Shown here piece after piece: positions 17,547-27,487 of a stretch of 64,000 nucleotides of DNA. The notes beneath the pieces were generated by a model. The model saw only the letters and a program-made list of their open reading frames with translations. It was not told the DNA's origin and made no database searches. Source of the stretch: an uncultured bacterium (GTDB lineage Bacteria; Abyssobacteria; SURF-5); NCBI GenBank assembly GCA_964607485.1, contig CAZSKP010000007.1, positions 58,117 to 122,116 on the forward strand. The letters run 5' to 3'. Numbering within the stretch: the stretch's first letter is position 1; every line of letters starts with the position of its first letter. The position numbers and the translations under genes are program-made.

Positions 17547-18497
17547 ATGGAGACGGTAGTGGAAGCACAGGCTGAAGAGGCTGTCTTGGCCGAGCGGACG
17601 CAGGCACGCTGGAAGGGGCTTATTCAGGCGATGAGGCCCAAACAGTGGGTCAAGAACCTCATTATTTTCGCCGTTCTCATATTCTCGTTGAACCTTCTCG
17701 ATATCGGCATGCTTGTGCGGACATCCCTGGCCTTCGTCATTTTTTGCATTCTTTCCGGAACCGTGTACATCGCCAACGACTACGCCGATTTGGAGTACGA
17801 CCGGCAGCATCCGGTCAAGTCGAAACGCCCGATGGCCTCGGGCGTCGTTCCTCCCGGATTCGCCTTGAGGGTGTCGTTCGTTCTGGCGTTGGCCAGTCTG
17901 GCGGGCGCGTTCCTGCTCGGCTTCAGTTTCGGCCTGATCGCTCTGGCGTATTACGCTCTGGTGATTTCGTATTCGTTCTACCTGAAGAACGTGGTCATCC
18001 TCGACGTGTTCGCGATTGCGCTCGGGTTTGTGATTCGGGCGCTGGCGGGCGGAATCGTGATTCACGAGCACATCTCGTCATGGTTTCTCGTGTGCACGAT
18101 GTTTCTCGCCCTTTTCCTCGCGCTGTGCAAACGTCGGCACGAGCTGCTGCTGCTCGAGAACGACGCCTACAAACATCGCAGGGCGCTCGCCGAGTACAGC
18201 CCGTATTTTCTCGACCAGATGATAGCGGTCGTGACGACTTCGACGGTCATCTCCTATGCTCTGTTCACGGTTTCCACCGAATCGCTCGAATATCAGCGCT
18301 TTCAAACGCACAACCTCATATATACCGTCCCGTTCGTGCTGTACGGGATATTCCGCTACCTCTATCTGGCCTATCACAAGGAGCAGGGCGGCAGCCCGAC
18401 GAGAATACTGCTGACCGACAAGGCCCTCATGCTGGACATCTTCCTGTGGCTCGTCGCCTGCAGCCTCATCCTCTATAGACCATCCGTTCTCGGCTAA
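17547..18497 (+). CDS. Decaprenyl-phosphate phosphoribosyltransferase (UbiA family)
   Basis: RPKQWVKN, YIANDYAD..DRQHPVK.KRPMASG, YSFYLK, KRRHEL, YGIFRYL, GGSPT. Confidence 0.92.
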   Translation: METVVEAQAEEAVLAERTQARWKGLIQAMRPKQWVKNLIIFAVLIFSLNLLDIGMLVRTSLAFVIFCILSGTVYIANDYADLEYDRQHPVKSKRPMASGVVPPGFALRVSFVLALASLAGAFLLGFSFGLIALAYYALVISYSFYLKNVVILDVFAIALGFVIRALAGGIVIHEHISSWFLVCTMFLALFLALCKRRHELLLLENDAYKHRRALAEYSPYFLDQMIAVVTTSTVISYALFTVSTESLEYQRFQTHNLIYTVPFVLYGIFRYLYLAYHKEQGGSPTRILLTDKALMLDIFLWLVACSLILYRPSVLG

Positions 18498-18520
18498 AAA
18501 CGTTGGAGGTTATCTGAAAC

Positions 18521-19699
18521 ATGTGTGCAGTTCACGTTTCACCCGAACCGGGAAAGGCCGGTAAGGCCGTCGCCGAAAAATCCAAGGTCGCCGTGCTCAA
18601 GACATCGCCCGAAACCGTGCTCGAAGATTACGGGCGGCTGGTCGAGATGGCCGGCCTCAAGGATGCGCTCGACCCGTCGGCGCCGACGATTCTGAAGGAC
18701 AACATATCCTGGCATTATCCCATGCCTTCAGCCAACACGACGCCGTGGCAGCTTGAAGGCACGATACTCGCCCTCAGGGAATTCGGATTCGAGAAGCTGG
18801 TCTGCGTCCAGAACGAGACGGTCGTGATCGACACCCACAAGGGCGAGGACCTGAACGGCTACGTGCCGATCCTGAAGGAATACAGGATTCCCATCAAGTA
18901 CAACTACAAAGCGGCCGACATGAAGTGGCAGGTCTTCAAGCCGAAGGCCACAATGCGCGCGCTCGACCACATCTACCCCGACGGCATCCAGATTCCCGAC
19001 TTCTTCTTCGGGAAGAACATCGTCCACCTGCCCACGGCGAAATGCCACATCTATACGACCACCACCGGCGCAATGAAGAACGCGTTCGGCGGGCTGCTGT
19101 ACAACCACCGACACTACACGCACACATGGATTCATGAGGTGCTGGTCGATCTGCTGGCGATCCAGAAGGAAATTCACCCCGGCATCTTCGCCGTGATGGA
19201 CGGCGCCATGGCGGGCAACGGCCCCGGCCCCCGCACCATGACGCCCGTGGAAAAAAACGTGATCCTCGCGAGCGCCGACCAAGTGGCCATCGACGCCGTC
19301 GCCGCCAAGATGATGGGATTCGACCCCCTGAGCATCGGCTACATCCGCATCGCGCATGAGGACGGACTCGGCACCGGCGACGTGCGCGAGATCGAGATCG
19401 TCGGCGACGACATCGAGGGCGAGAACTGGGGATTCAAGGTGGGCCACTCGCTCCACAAATTCCTCGGATGGCTCTCGTGGTACGGCCCGACGAAGGCGCT
19501 GCAGGACGTCATCTTCAAGACCTCGATCGTCAAAATCCCCATCTTCGTCTCCGAGTTCAACCACGACTACATCCACTGGCCGCTCAAGGAGCGCCAAATC
19601 TACCGCAGATGGAAGAAAGAGTCGCAGTGGGGCCGCATGTTCGCCGAGTACAGGAAGAAGGGCTTCTTTGTCGGCGAAACCGCGCCGAAGAAGCAGTAA
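18521..19699 (+). CDS. DUF362 family protein
   Basis: LKDNISWH, LPTAKCH..TTTTGAMKNAFG, GNGPGP, DQVAIDAVAAKMMGFDP. Confidence 0.88.
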   Translation: MCAVHVSPEPGKAGKAVAEKSKVAVLKTSPETVLEDYGRLVEMAGLKDALDPSAPTILKDNISWHYPMPSANTTPWQLEGTILALREFGFEKLVCVQNETVVIDTHKGEDLNGYVPILKEYRIPIKYNYKAADMKWQVFKPKATMRALDHIYPDGIQIPDFFFGKNIVHLPTAKCHIYTTTTGAMKNAFGGLLYNHRHYTHTWIHEVLVDLLAIQKEIHPGIFAVMDGAMAGNGPGPRTMTPVEKNVILASADQVAIDAVAAKMMGFDPLSIGYIRIAHEDGLGTGDVREIEIVGDDIEGENWGFKVGHSLHKFLGWLSWYGPTKALQDVIFKTSIVKIPIFVSEFNHDYIHWPLKERQIYRRWKKESQWGRMFAEYRKKGFFVGETAPKKQ

Positions 19700-19788
19700 C
19701 CGGCGAGAACTGTTCCGGCGGTGTTAACGAGAAACTGGGTCAAGTGTGGTGATATTGCCCCGGCTTGCCTGGCAAAGAATGAGAAGAA

Positions 19789-20869
19789 TGCGGGCAAGAT
19801 GCCTGCGTTACGGATCATTTGAAATAGTATACGTTTCTCTGTAGTGCAGGATTCGAAGAGCGCACGCTTTCTCGTAACGCAGGCTTCCAGCCTGCATGTT
19901 GACTTTGACTAGTTGTAGCGCGAGCTTGTTACCTAACAAATATGTGCGCTACAGCAAGTGAGTGGTACGACAACCGGCGTCCGCCGCGAGTTCCGGTGGA
20001 AAATAAGACACTCCATAGAATGAAGTCTTCCAACTCAAACGAAGCGCCCGCAGCGCAGGCTTCCAGCCTGCAAAGGGAAGCGTTGCGTCTTCGCCCCCAC
20101 AGCCGCGGCTATCTCCCGCATTGGAAGGCCGAAGGCGCAACCTATTTCGTCACCTTCCGCCTTGCTGACTCCTTGCCGAAACATGCGCTCGAACGTCTTC
20201 ACACCGAACATCGCAAAGCGGAGCGCGACCTGATTCGCCGTCGGAAAAGAATCGCTCCGGAAGAGCATCAGAGACTTGTCGATATTTCCGAGAAAATCGA
20301 GGCCTACCTCGATTCGGGCGTTGGTAGCTGCTTTCTGAGCCGAAAACCGATTGCAGACATGGTCGCCGATGCGCTGACGCATTTTGATTGTTCCCGATAT
20401 CGGGTTCACTCATATGTGATTATGCCCAATCACTTGCATGTGCTTGTCACGCCCCTGGCGGGAAATAGCCTCTCCTCGATTCTTCATGGCTGGAAGTCGT
20501 TCACGGCAAATCAGGCCAATGAGTTGCTCGGGCGGCAAGGTGAGGATTTCTGGCAGCGTGAGTCATACGACCATATGGTGCGAGATGAAGCTGATTTCCT
20601 CAGAGCGTACGAATACATTCGATATAATCCCGTCATGGCGGGACTCGTATCGGAACCGGAAGAATGGCCGCACTATTGGTCTGAGACGGCAGAAGAGGAG
20701 AAGTAAGCAAAGAGCAGGCAGGATGCCTGCGCTACGACGCAACCGAATCGCTCTGCAGGCTAGATGCCTGCGCTACGACGTACCCGGAGCGACTTGCGGC
20801 CCGGATTGCTGCGCTACAAGGAAACATACACTATTTCGGATTCTCCGTAGCGCAGGCTTCCAGCCTGCA
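19789..20869. repeat. REP array flanking the RAYT (consensus GTAGCGCAGGC-N5-GCCTGC)
   Basis: Copies in both orientations at 19789-19811, 19874-19896, 20050-20072, 20714-20735, 20754-20776, 20847-20869. Confidence 0.88.
20020..20706 (+). mobile_element. REP-associated tyrosine transposase (RAYT, HUH Y1 family); start uncertain
   Basis: RGYLPHW, YFVTFRL, YVIMPNHLHVL (HUH), WKSFTA, FWQRESYDH.VRDE, YIRYNPV.AGL. Confidence 0.93.
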
Positions 20870-20919
20870 CGTTTAGGGGTCGAAAGGATGAGTCCTGAGG
20901 AAATGGGGAGAAGGTTCCC

Positions 20920-21189
20920 ATGTGCCAGAAGTGCGATGGGTTTGCCGAGAAGATAGCGATTGACACGCCCGGCAGGCTTCACGGCCTGACGTCGGAAATC
21001 CGGCAGGTGCTCGATGAGGGCACGATGACGCTAATCCAGGGAACCTGCAGCTTGAAGGACATCGATAGGAACAAGCCCTGGCCCGCCGACATCCTGCAGC
21101 ACGATTTCCGGTGCACATCCTGCGGCCGCACGTTCAGGCTTTTCGTTGACACCTACCACGGCCACGGAACATGGCAGACACTCGCCTGA
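20920..21189 (+). CDS. Small hypothetical protein with two CxxC pairs
   Basis: MCQKC...FRCTSCG...DTYHG; GAAGG upstream. Confidence 0.65.
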   Translation: MCQKCDGFAEKIAIDTPGRLHGLTSEIRQVLDEGTMTLIQGTCSLKDIDRNKPWPADILQHDFRCTSCGRTFRLFVDTYHGHGTWQTLA

Positions 21190-21316
21190 GCACGCCAGCC
21201 CTTTTTCCCTCCATCACAAGTACTGACGCACACGGCTGTGGAAGATTCTTTTTTAAGCTTGACACCTCGGTGCAGGCAGAGAGGAATTATTTTCATAGCC
21301 CGACTTCATACGGCTT

Positions 21317-22528
21317 CTATTTCGTGATTGTGCAACCGTGTTTGGTTGTTCCACGTATCGCAATCTCGCGCAGATCCTCAGGCCATAACATCTCTCGGTT
21401 ACCGTTCGCATCGCGGAAATTCATCCCGAGCGGATAGCCAAAGCAATATGTGTTATATAAAGCAATAGCCCGCTGGCACTCCCATTTGCCCCGAGAACGC
21501 AGGATTGCATAGTACAGCATCATCTTGACTGCATTGCGCCCCGCCTTCGCAGGTGTCATTTCCGACCATTCATTGGGAACTCCATCCCTGTATATGATCT
21601 CTCCTATCTTTCCCATGTACCAAAATGTCATCTCATAGGCTGCTTCAGCCAATGCCTCATGTGACCACCTTAGCGTAATGCGCCATTCATTGTCTCTCTT
21701 AGAAACAATGCGAGCCTTCTCGTTGGGGGGAGCGCCGGGATCGACAATGAGCGACGACTTTTCAAAGCGAAACGTCCGTGGCAATGTCCAGCTTGCCGGA
21801 ACAATAGCTACGCTGACAGGCGTATGTCTGCTCTCGCAACCAACATGTACTTGTTCGTGACCGCATGCTTGGTCTTCCACCCTCATCCCCAATCTGGCTC
21901 TCCGGAGGTGCTTGTGGCTTTGTTGCAGAACCCTCTTCTGCGAAGCCGGATAAGACTTCACCTCAACTACGCCCACTACTTCGACCGAAGCAGTTCTCAT
22001 CACCGATTGGTCTATTACAAGGATATGCATGTCGGCTCCTTTTGCGAAACCGGGTTTGCCCAAAACCCTGAGGGCTACTGCGTCTCCCATGTAAATTTGT
22101 GCGTTATGAGGAAGGCGTCCATCGTGTTGAAGTTGCCTCACCAATTGGGCGCACGGCGCAGCAGCAAGCAATTCTGCGAGAGCCCCTTGGAAATAGTTGA
22201 TGACACGATAGTAAATGAATCTGATAGCAGCGGCTGTATCGTCGTCGGAGAGACGCGTCGCGATCATATCAGGTGGAATCTCACCGCTGCCTTCATACGG
22301 TCCATCCCTTAGGAATCTCTGAAAGAGCATACTGCGTTCATTAGTTTCGATGGTGCGTATCGATTCCGCCAAAGACTCGCGGAAGACCGACAAGGGATCC
22401 AACCCGGCAGGAAATATGACCCCCGCAGCTAGGGCTTCCCGCACTGAAGCTTCTATGTCTTCTCCAAGGGTTTTTCCGAGGATCTCGAATCCGACTGTGT
22501 CGGCCAATCTGTAAGTGTGAGTGATCAT
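21317..22528 (-). CDS. Hypothetical protein, putative PD-(D/E)XK nuclease fold
   Basis: FQGALAEL...KGADMHIL...VVEVKSY motif order; lower GC than neighbours. Confidence 0.6.
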   Translation of the reverse strand: MITHTYRLADTVGFEILGKTLGEDIEASVREALAAGVIFPAGLDPLSVFRESLAESIRTIETNERSMLFQRFLRDGPYEGSGEIPPDMIATRLSDDDTAAAIRFIYYRVINYFQGALAELLAAAPCAQLVRQLQHDGRLPHNAQIYMGDAVALRVLGKPGFAKGADMHILVIDQSVMRTASVEVVGVVEVKSYPASQKRVLQQSHKHLRRARLGMRVEDQACGHEQVHVGCESRHTPVSVAIVPASWTLPRTFRFEKSSLIVDPGAPPNEKARIVSKRDNEWRITLRWSHEALAEAAYEMTFWYMGKIGEIIYRDGVPNEWSEMTPAKAGRNAVKMMLYYAILRSRGKWECQRAIALYNTYCFGYPLGMNFRDANGNREMLWPEDLREIAIRGTTKHGCTITK

Positions 22529-22688
22529 TGCAGTGGAAAGGTATAAGAAAAATCCAAAAGCCGGGAAAATCTGACGAAAAATCTGAAGACAGGATACTAA
22601 ATTCCCAGAATGATATTAGAAAATACCACCATTTACGATTCTTACCGTCTACTGGAGCCACTGAGCAAGAGTTCAGCCAAGCCGCCGG

Positions 22689-23696
22689 TCAACCGAATTG
22701 TCGCACGCGCTCGTCGAGTTCGTCGTAGGGGAAGAATGTCTGGTAGTCGGCCAGCGCCGCCAGCGCGCGCGAATGGGATTTGATGCCCTTTTCTTCGAGG
22801 ATGGCCGCAGGGTTCAGTCCGCCGATGACGACCGCGCCCACCTGGCCCTGGTTCACCGGAATCTCGAGAAGCGGCTGGCCCGGCCACCCGATACTCATGA
22901 AGCCGCCCAGCCCGACTTTCTCCAACTGGTGGGCGAGCTCTATCACGTGGTCCCTGCTTTCCGCCGGCACCTCCCTGAAGCTGGCTCCGATGCGGCCGTT
23001 GCCGTTCTTCGTGGCGCCGAGGTAGTCGGTCATGCCGCTGCGGATAAAAATCTCCAGCGGGTCCAGCGTGGTGCCGCTGTAGTGGATGTATTGCACGAAT
23101 CGGGTGGGTTTGTAATCCTGCAGTTCCAGAAGCCCGCCGAACCGTGAGTACGTGGGGATGCCGTGCGACAACAACACGCCGTTCAACGTAATCGAACACA
23201 CGGTGCCTATACCCACCATGCCTTCAGGCACAGCGTCTTCGCCCACGCGTTCTCCGGGAGGCAGCAACGCCATTAGGCGTCCCATGGCGTAGCCGGCTGC
23301 GAACACCCTCTTAATCAGCGGCGCGGCGCTCTTCAGCTGCGATTTCTCCACCATGCTCACATTGACGACGACGGTTCCCTTCTTGCTCGAGAGGTCGAAG
23401 TTCATGCGGTAGGTGAGTTGGTCGATCTTCGCGGCAAGGTAGCCGACCTTTTCGATGATCCTCGCGCTCGCCAGCTCGTCCAGCCCCCGCCGCGTGATGA
23501 GCCGGCCTCTCCTCCCAAGATTCTCCGTCAGCCCATCCTTGTCCATAGAGTTCAGGTGGAAACGCACCGTGCGCTCGCTGATCTCATGGCCCTCGGCGAG
23601 GAGCCTCTCGGTAATCTTCGAGCTGCCGGTCGGCTTGTCGGCCTCCTGCAGAATCCTTAATATCGCGAGACGCTTTTTTTCGGTTTTTTCTCCCAT
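22689..23696 (-). CDS. nrpR: NrpR-family nitrogen regulator (wHTH + single NRD/DUF128 domain)
   Basis: ISERTVRFHL wHTH; GTVVVNVS, GTVCSITLNGVLL, RFGGLL, YSGTTLDPLEIF, GGLNP. Confidence 0.88.
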   Translation of the reverse strand: MGEKTEKKRLAILRILQEADKPTGSSKITERLLAEGHEISERTVRFHLNSMDKDGLTENLGRRGRLITRRGLDELASARIIEKVGYLAAKIDQLTYRMNFDLSSKKGTVVVNVSMVEKSQLKSAAPLIKRVFAAGYAMGRLMALLPPGERVGEDAVPEGMVGIGTVCSITLNGVLLSHGIPTYSRFGGLLELQDYKPTRFVQYIHYSGTTLDPLEIFIRSGMTDYLGATKNGNGRIGASFREVPAESRDHVIELAHQLEKVGLGGFMSIGWPGQPLLEIPVNQGQVGAVVIGGLNPAAILEEKGIKSHSRALAALADYQTFFPYDELDERVRQFG

Positions 23697-23962
23697 GCCG
23701 GCCATTCTACCACAAAATATGCCGTTTTGCAAGTGTTAATCGGTAATTTTGCCGGTAATGACGGGAATGATGGAGCTGTCCGCTGCTCTCGAATCTCGCC
23801 TAATTCTCCGCATTGCACAGGAACTCACTCGGCATCTCCTGCCTCCCAGTCTCCTTTTCTTGCCGGGACTCCAGCTTTTTTGCCGCAAATGTACCGGTAA
23901 TTCTGCCGGTTAACATTGCCCTTGCATCTCAAGATTTGTCGTATTTTATGTGTATTTTCCTA

Positions 23963-24006
23963 TTGACTTTTCTTGGGGCCTATGGTAGTATTGGCAATAC
24001 ATTGCC
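23963..24006 (+). promoter_or_regulatory. sigma70 promoter with palindromic operator over the predicted start site
   Basis: TTGACT (23963-68), 17 nt, TGn-TAGTAT (23986-91), then GGCAATACATTGCC (23993-24006). Confidence 0.7.
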
Positions 24007-24150
24007 GTTCATCGTGGGCTTTTGCCTGCGAACGAGATGAGCGGGGATGGCGCGGCTGGGTGTTCTCGCTGGTTCCGGCGTGTTCAGGACGGCGAGAGGG
24101 GGAAATCGGCAAATTGTAGCCTAAAGATCAAAGCAAAGGAGAAGTGAACC

Positions 24151-25758
24151 ATGAACCTGCATCGTCCGAACGCAAACGAGGCGCTACAGACCACCAACCG
24201 GTCACGTCACGTTTCGCCTCAGTCGGGAATCTGCAGCCGGTGTGTGGACGGCTGCAAAGGAGGCTGCGACCTCTTTACCTCCACATTCCGAGGCAGGGAG
24301 CTTTTGTATCCGGGACCATTCGGCGAGATCACCGCGGGCGCCGACAAGGACTATCCCGTGGATTATTCCCATCTGAACATCATGGGATACGCTCTGGGAG
24401 CGGAAGGCACGCAGGCCGACCCCGACCACGCAACGTTCCCGTCGGTCAACACTGAGACGGAGTTCGGGACGGACAACAAGGTCAAGATGAAGGTTCCCGT
24501 CTTCACCGGAGCGCTGGGGAGCACCGACATCGCCCGCAAGAACTGGGAACACTTCGCCGTCGGCGCGGCCATCAGCGGAATCAGCCTGGTGTGCGGCGAG
24601 AACGTCTGCGGAATCGACCCCAAACTCCAGCTCGACTCCAACGGCAAGGTGAAGGAAGCCCCCGACATGCGCCGCAGGGTGGAGGAATACCGCCGCTACC
24701 ACGAGGGATACGGCGACATTCTCGTTCAGATGAACGTCGAGGACACCCGCTTCGGCGTGGCCGAATACGTCATCGACAAGCTGGGCGTCGAGACCATCGA
24801 GCTGAAGTGGGGCCAGGGCGCCAAGTGCATCGGCGGCGAGATCAAGGTGAATTCGCTCGAGCGCGCCATAGAGCTCAAGAAGCGCGGCTACATCGTCACT
24901 CCCGACCCCGAAGAGCCCGCGAACCAGGCTGCCTTCAAGGACGGCGCGATCAAGCAGTTCGAGCGCCATTCCCGGCTGGGCTTCATCGACTATGAGGGCT
25001 TCATCAGCGAGGTCGAGCGGCTCCGCAAGCTGGGCGCCAAGCGCGTGACGCTCAAGACCGGCGCCTACCCGATGCGCGAGCTGGCCATGGCCATCAGGTG
25101 GTGTTCCGACGCGAAGATCGACCTTCTCACCATCGACGGCGCTCCAGGCGGAACCGGCATGAGCCCGTGGCGCATGATGGCCGAGTGGGGCGTGCCCTCG
25201 ATTTACCTGCATTCAATGGCGCACGAGCTGTGCCGCATGCTGGAAGCGAAAGGCCAATTCGTGCCCGACATCGCGTTTGCCGGCGGTTTCAGCGCGGAAG
25301 ACCACGTATTCAAGGCGATAGCGCTCGGCGCTCCTTACACAAGGGCCGTCTGCATGGGCCGCGCCCTGATGATCCCCGGAATGGTCGGCAAGAATATCGC
25401 AAACTGGCTCAACGGCACGAACGGCGAGCTGCCCAAGACCGTCGCCAAATACGGAAAAACCAAAGAGGAAATATTCGTCTGCTACGAGGAGCTGAGAGCG
25501 AAGTACGGAGACGAGGCCGACAAGATGCCTCTGGGCGCCATCGGAATATACAGCGCCACAGAAAAAATCCGCGTCGGCCTGCAGCAGCTCATGGCGGGCG
25601 CGAGAAAATGGCGGGTGGACCTGATCAAGCGCGAGGACCTCGCCTCGCTGACCGAGGAATGCGCCAAGGTCACCGGAATCCCGTACATCATGGACGCCTA
25701 CCGAGCGGAAGCGCTCGACATCATCAACGCCAAAGCACTCACCGGCGTGACTGCCTGA
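24151..25758 (+). CDS. FMN-binding glutamate synthase family protein (stand-alone type)
   Basis: ELKWGQGAKCIGGE, TIDGAPGGTGMSP, AGGFS..DHVFKAIALGAP, MGRA; N-terminal CSRCVDGCKGGC. Confidence 0.9.
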   Translation: MNLHRPNANEALQTTNRSRHVSPQSGICSRCVDGCKGGCDLFTSTFRGRELLYPGPFGEITAGADKDYPVDYSHLNIMGYALGAEGTQADPDHATFPSVNTETEFGTDNKVKMKVPVFTGALGSTDIARKNWEHFAVGAAISGISLVCGENVCGIDPKLQLDSNGKVKEAPDMRRRVEEYRRYHEGYGDILVQMNVEDTRFGVAEYVIDKLGVETIELKWGQGAKCIGGEIKVNSLERAIELKKRGYIVTPDPEEPANQAAFKDGAIKQFERHSRLGFIDYEGFISEVERLRKLGAKRVTLKTGAYPMRELAMAIRWCSDAKIDLLTIDGAPGGTGMSPWRMMAEWGVPSIYLHSMAHELCRMLEAKGQFVPDIAFAGGFSAEDHVFKAIALGAPYTRAVCMGRALMIPGMVGKNIANWLNGTNGELPKTVAKYGKTKEEIFVCYEELRAKYGDEADKMPLGAIGIYSATEKIRVGLQQLMAGARKWRVDLIKREDLASLTEECAKVTGIPYIMDAYRAEALDIINAKALTGVTA

Positions 25759-25788
25759 GGCGGCGTCCTTTCAACTCCTGCACGAACC

Positions 25789-25830
25789 TGCGGCGGGGGC
25801 CTCACCGGGCCTCCGCCGCATGCTTTTTTT
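25789..25830 (+). terminator. Rho-independent terminator
   Basis: TGCGGCGGGGGCC / GGCCTCCGCCGCA stem followed by T7. Confidence 0.75.
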
Positions 25831-25856
25831 CGGCGTGTCGCCCAAATGAATCATCA

Positions 25857-25936
25857 TGGATTCCCCGGTCAAGCCGGGGAATGACATCCATAAAGCATCA
25901 ACAAGGTCTTGTCATTCCCGCGACAGCGGGAATCCA
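25857..25936. repeat. Pair of ATTCCC-N-GGGAAT palindromes (GTCATTCCC type)
   Basis: TGGATTCCCCGGTCAAGCCGGGGAATGAC and GTCATTCCCGCGACAGCGGGAATCCA; related to 54376-54468. Confidence 0.8.
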
Positions 25937-26173
25937 GTCTCATCGCAAACGAATCATTTAGATAATAGGCCCTCTTTTCTCTCCTTTTTCACTCACGTCG
26001 ACGCTGAGCGACAGCGCCAGACCGTCTCTCGGCCCAAGATTTTCCGCTTGCAAGTCCATTCAAAAATTGCTATCATGTAATGGAGCTTTGTGCCAAGTTA
26101 TCGGTGCCCCAATAACAGAGTGCAGAGCGCTCAGAAGCGAACCCCATATTATGAAGGAAGAAGGAAAGACTCA

Positions 26174-26575
26174 GTGTCGGAATTTTACGTTTTTGCCTGC
26201 CAGCATCGTGTACCCGAAGACTGGCGCCCGCCCTTTACTCCTGAAAATATCAACGGGCAAAAAGTTCGCCTGATCCAGCTTCCCTGTTCCGCCAAGCTCA
26301 CCACTGTTCAAATGTTGCGACCATTCGAGAAAGGCATCGATGGAGTTCTGGTGATGGCCTGCGACGTGAAGGCGTGCCGGTCGCTCGAGGGCAGCCGGCG
26401 GGCTCGAATGCGCGTGCGCGAGGCCAACAACGTTCTGGAAGAAGTCGGCCTCGGTTCCCATCTGGTCGTGATCGAACAGGCGGCGGGAAGGACTCAGGAG
26501 GCGTACATCGAGGCGATAGAGAAACTGGCTGCGCAAACGGAAGGGCAGGGGACAGTGAATCTGCCTGATAATTAG
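26174..26575 (+). CDS. MvhD/FlpD-like [2Fe-2S] protein
   Basis: VFAC...RLIQLPCSAK...FEKGIDGVLVMAC...C...G...LEEVGL; GTG start after AAGGAAAG. Confidence 0.8.
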   Translation: MSEFYVFACQHRVPEDWRPPFTPENINGQKVRLIQLPCSAKLTTVQMLRPFEKGIDGVLVMACDVKACRSLEGSRRARMRVREANNVLEEVGLGSHLVVIEQAAGRTQEAYIEAIEKLAAQTEGQGTVNLPDN

Positions 26576-26702
26576 TGGATAGTCACAATTGCAGTTGACG
26601 GTCAAGATACAAGATTCCGTACGGGCGCAGCATGCCGCGCCCCCACAAGGAATTCCACAACCGTGGGACGGATTCACCGTACCCGGAGAACTATGTTTCG
26701 GC

Positions 26703-26738
26703 TTCTGTAGGGGCGGTTCGCGAAGCGTCCCTACAGAA
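26703..26738. repeat. GTAG-type REP-like palindrome
   Basis: TTCTGTAGGGGCGGTTCGCGAAGCGTCCCTACAGAA; a more degenerate copy lies near 26619-26646. Confidence 0.8.
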
Positions 26739-26806
26739 ACATCCGCGCGAGTGGACAGGGAGTGTCCCCGTCGCGCACAAACCCCGTAAAGAGGAAATGA
26801 CGGCAA

Positions 26807-27487
26807 ATGATTATTGCGGAACGCAAACCGATTAGAGAAATCCTCGACATGATAGAAGGTGCCGACACCGTGCTCGTGGCCGGCTGCGCCACGTGCGTGG
26901 CCGACTGCATGGCGGGCGGCGAGCGCGAGGTCGGAATACTCGCCTCAGGCCTGCGGATAGCGCTGAAACAAGAAGGCAAGAATGCCGAAATCATCGAGGT
27001 CACCGTCGAGCGCCAGTGCGAGCGCGAATTCATCGAGAACATCCGCGAGCTGGTCGAAAGAGCCGACGTCGTCGTCTCGACCGCGTGCGGAATCGGCGTG
27101 CAGGCGATGGCCGAGCGCTACCGCAAAACGCCCATCTATCCCGGCGTCAACACCACGTTCCTCGGCCTGCGCGAAGAAGAGGGCCTGTGGACGGAACGCT
27201 GCGCGGCGTGCGGCGAGTGCACGCTGCACCTCACGGGCGGAATCTGTCCGGTCGCACGCTGCTCGAAGAGCCTGCTGAACGGACCGTGCGGCGGTTCGAC
27301 GGCCGGAAAGTGCGAGATATCCGAGGAGGTCGATTGCGGCTGGCAGCTTATCATCGACCGACTGGAAGCATTGGGACAACTGGACAGGTTGGAGGCGAAT
27401 ATTCCTCCAAAGAATTGGGCCACCTCGCGCGACGGGGGTCCTCGAAAAGTCATAAAGAAAGAGATGAGAGATGAAGAGCGGAAGTAA
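26807..27487 (+). CDS. metV: Methylene-THF reductase small Fe-S subunit
   Basis: GCATC..C..GG, ERQCE, ACGIGVQ, ERCAACGEC.L..TGGICPVARCSKSLLNGPCGG...CGW. Confidence 0.92.
   Translation: MIIAERKPIREILDMIEGADTVLVAGCATCVADCMAGGEREVGILASGLRIALKQEGKNAEIIEVTVERQCEREFIENIRELVERADVVVSTACGIGVQAMAERYRKTPIYPGVNTTFLGLREEEGLWTERCAACGECTLHLTGGICPVARCSKSLLNGPCGGSTAGKCEISEEVDCGWQLIIDRLEALGQLDRLEANIPPKNWATSRDGGPRKVIKKEMRDEERK

Noticed and set aside
19789-20869. CRISPR array
   Set aside because: Repeats are in mixed orientation with irregular spacing around a RAYT; no cas genes.
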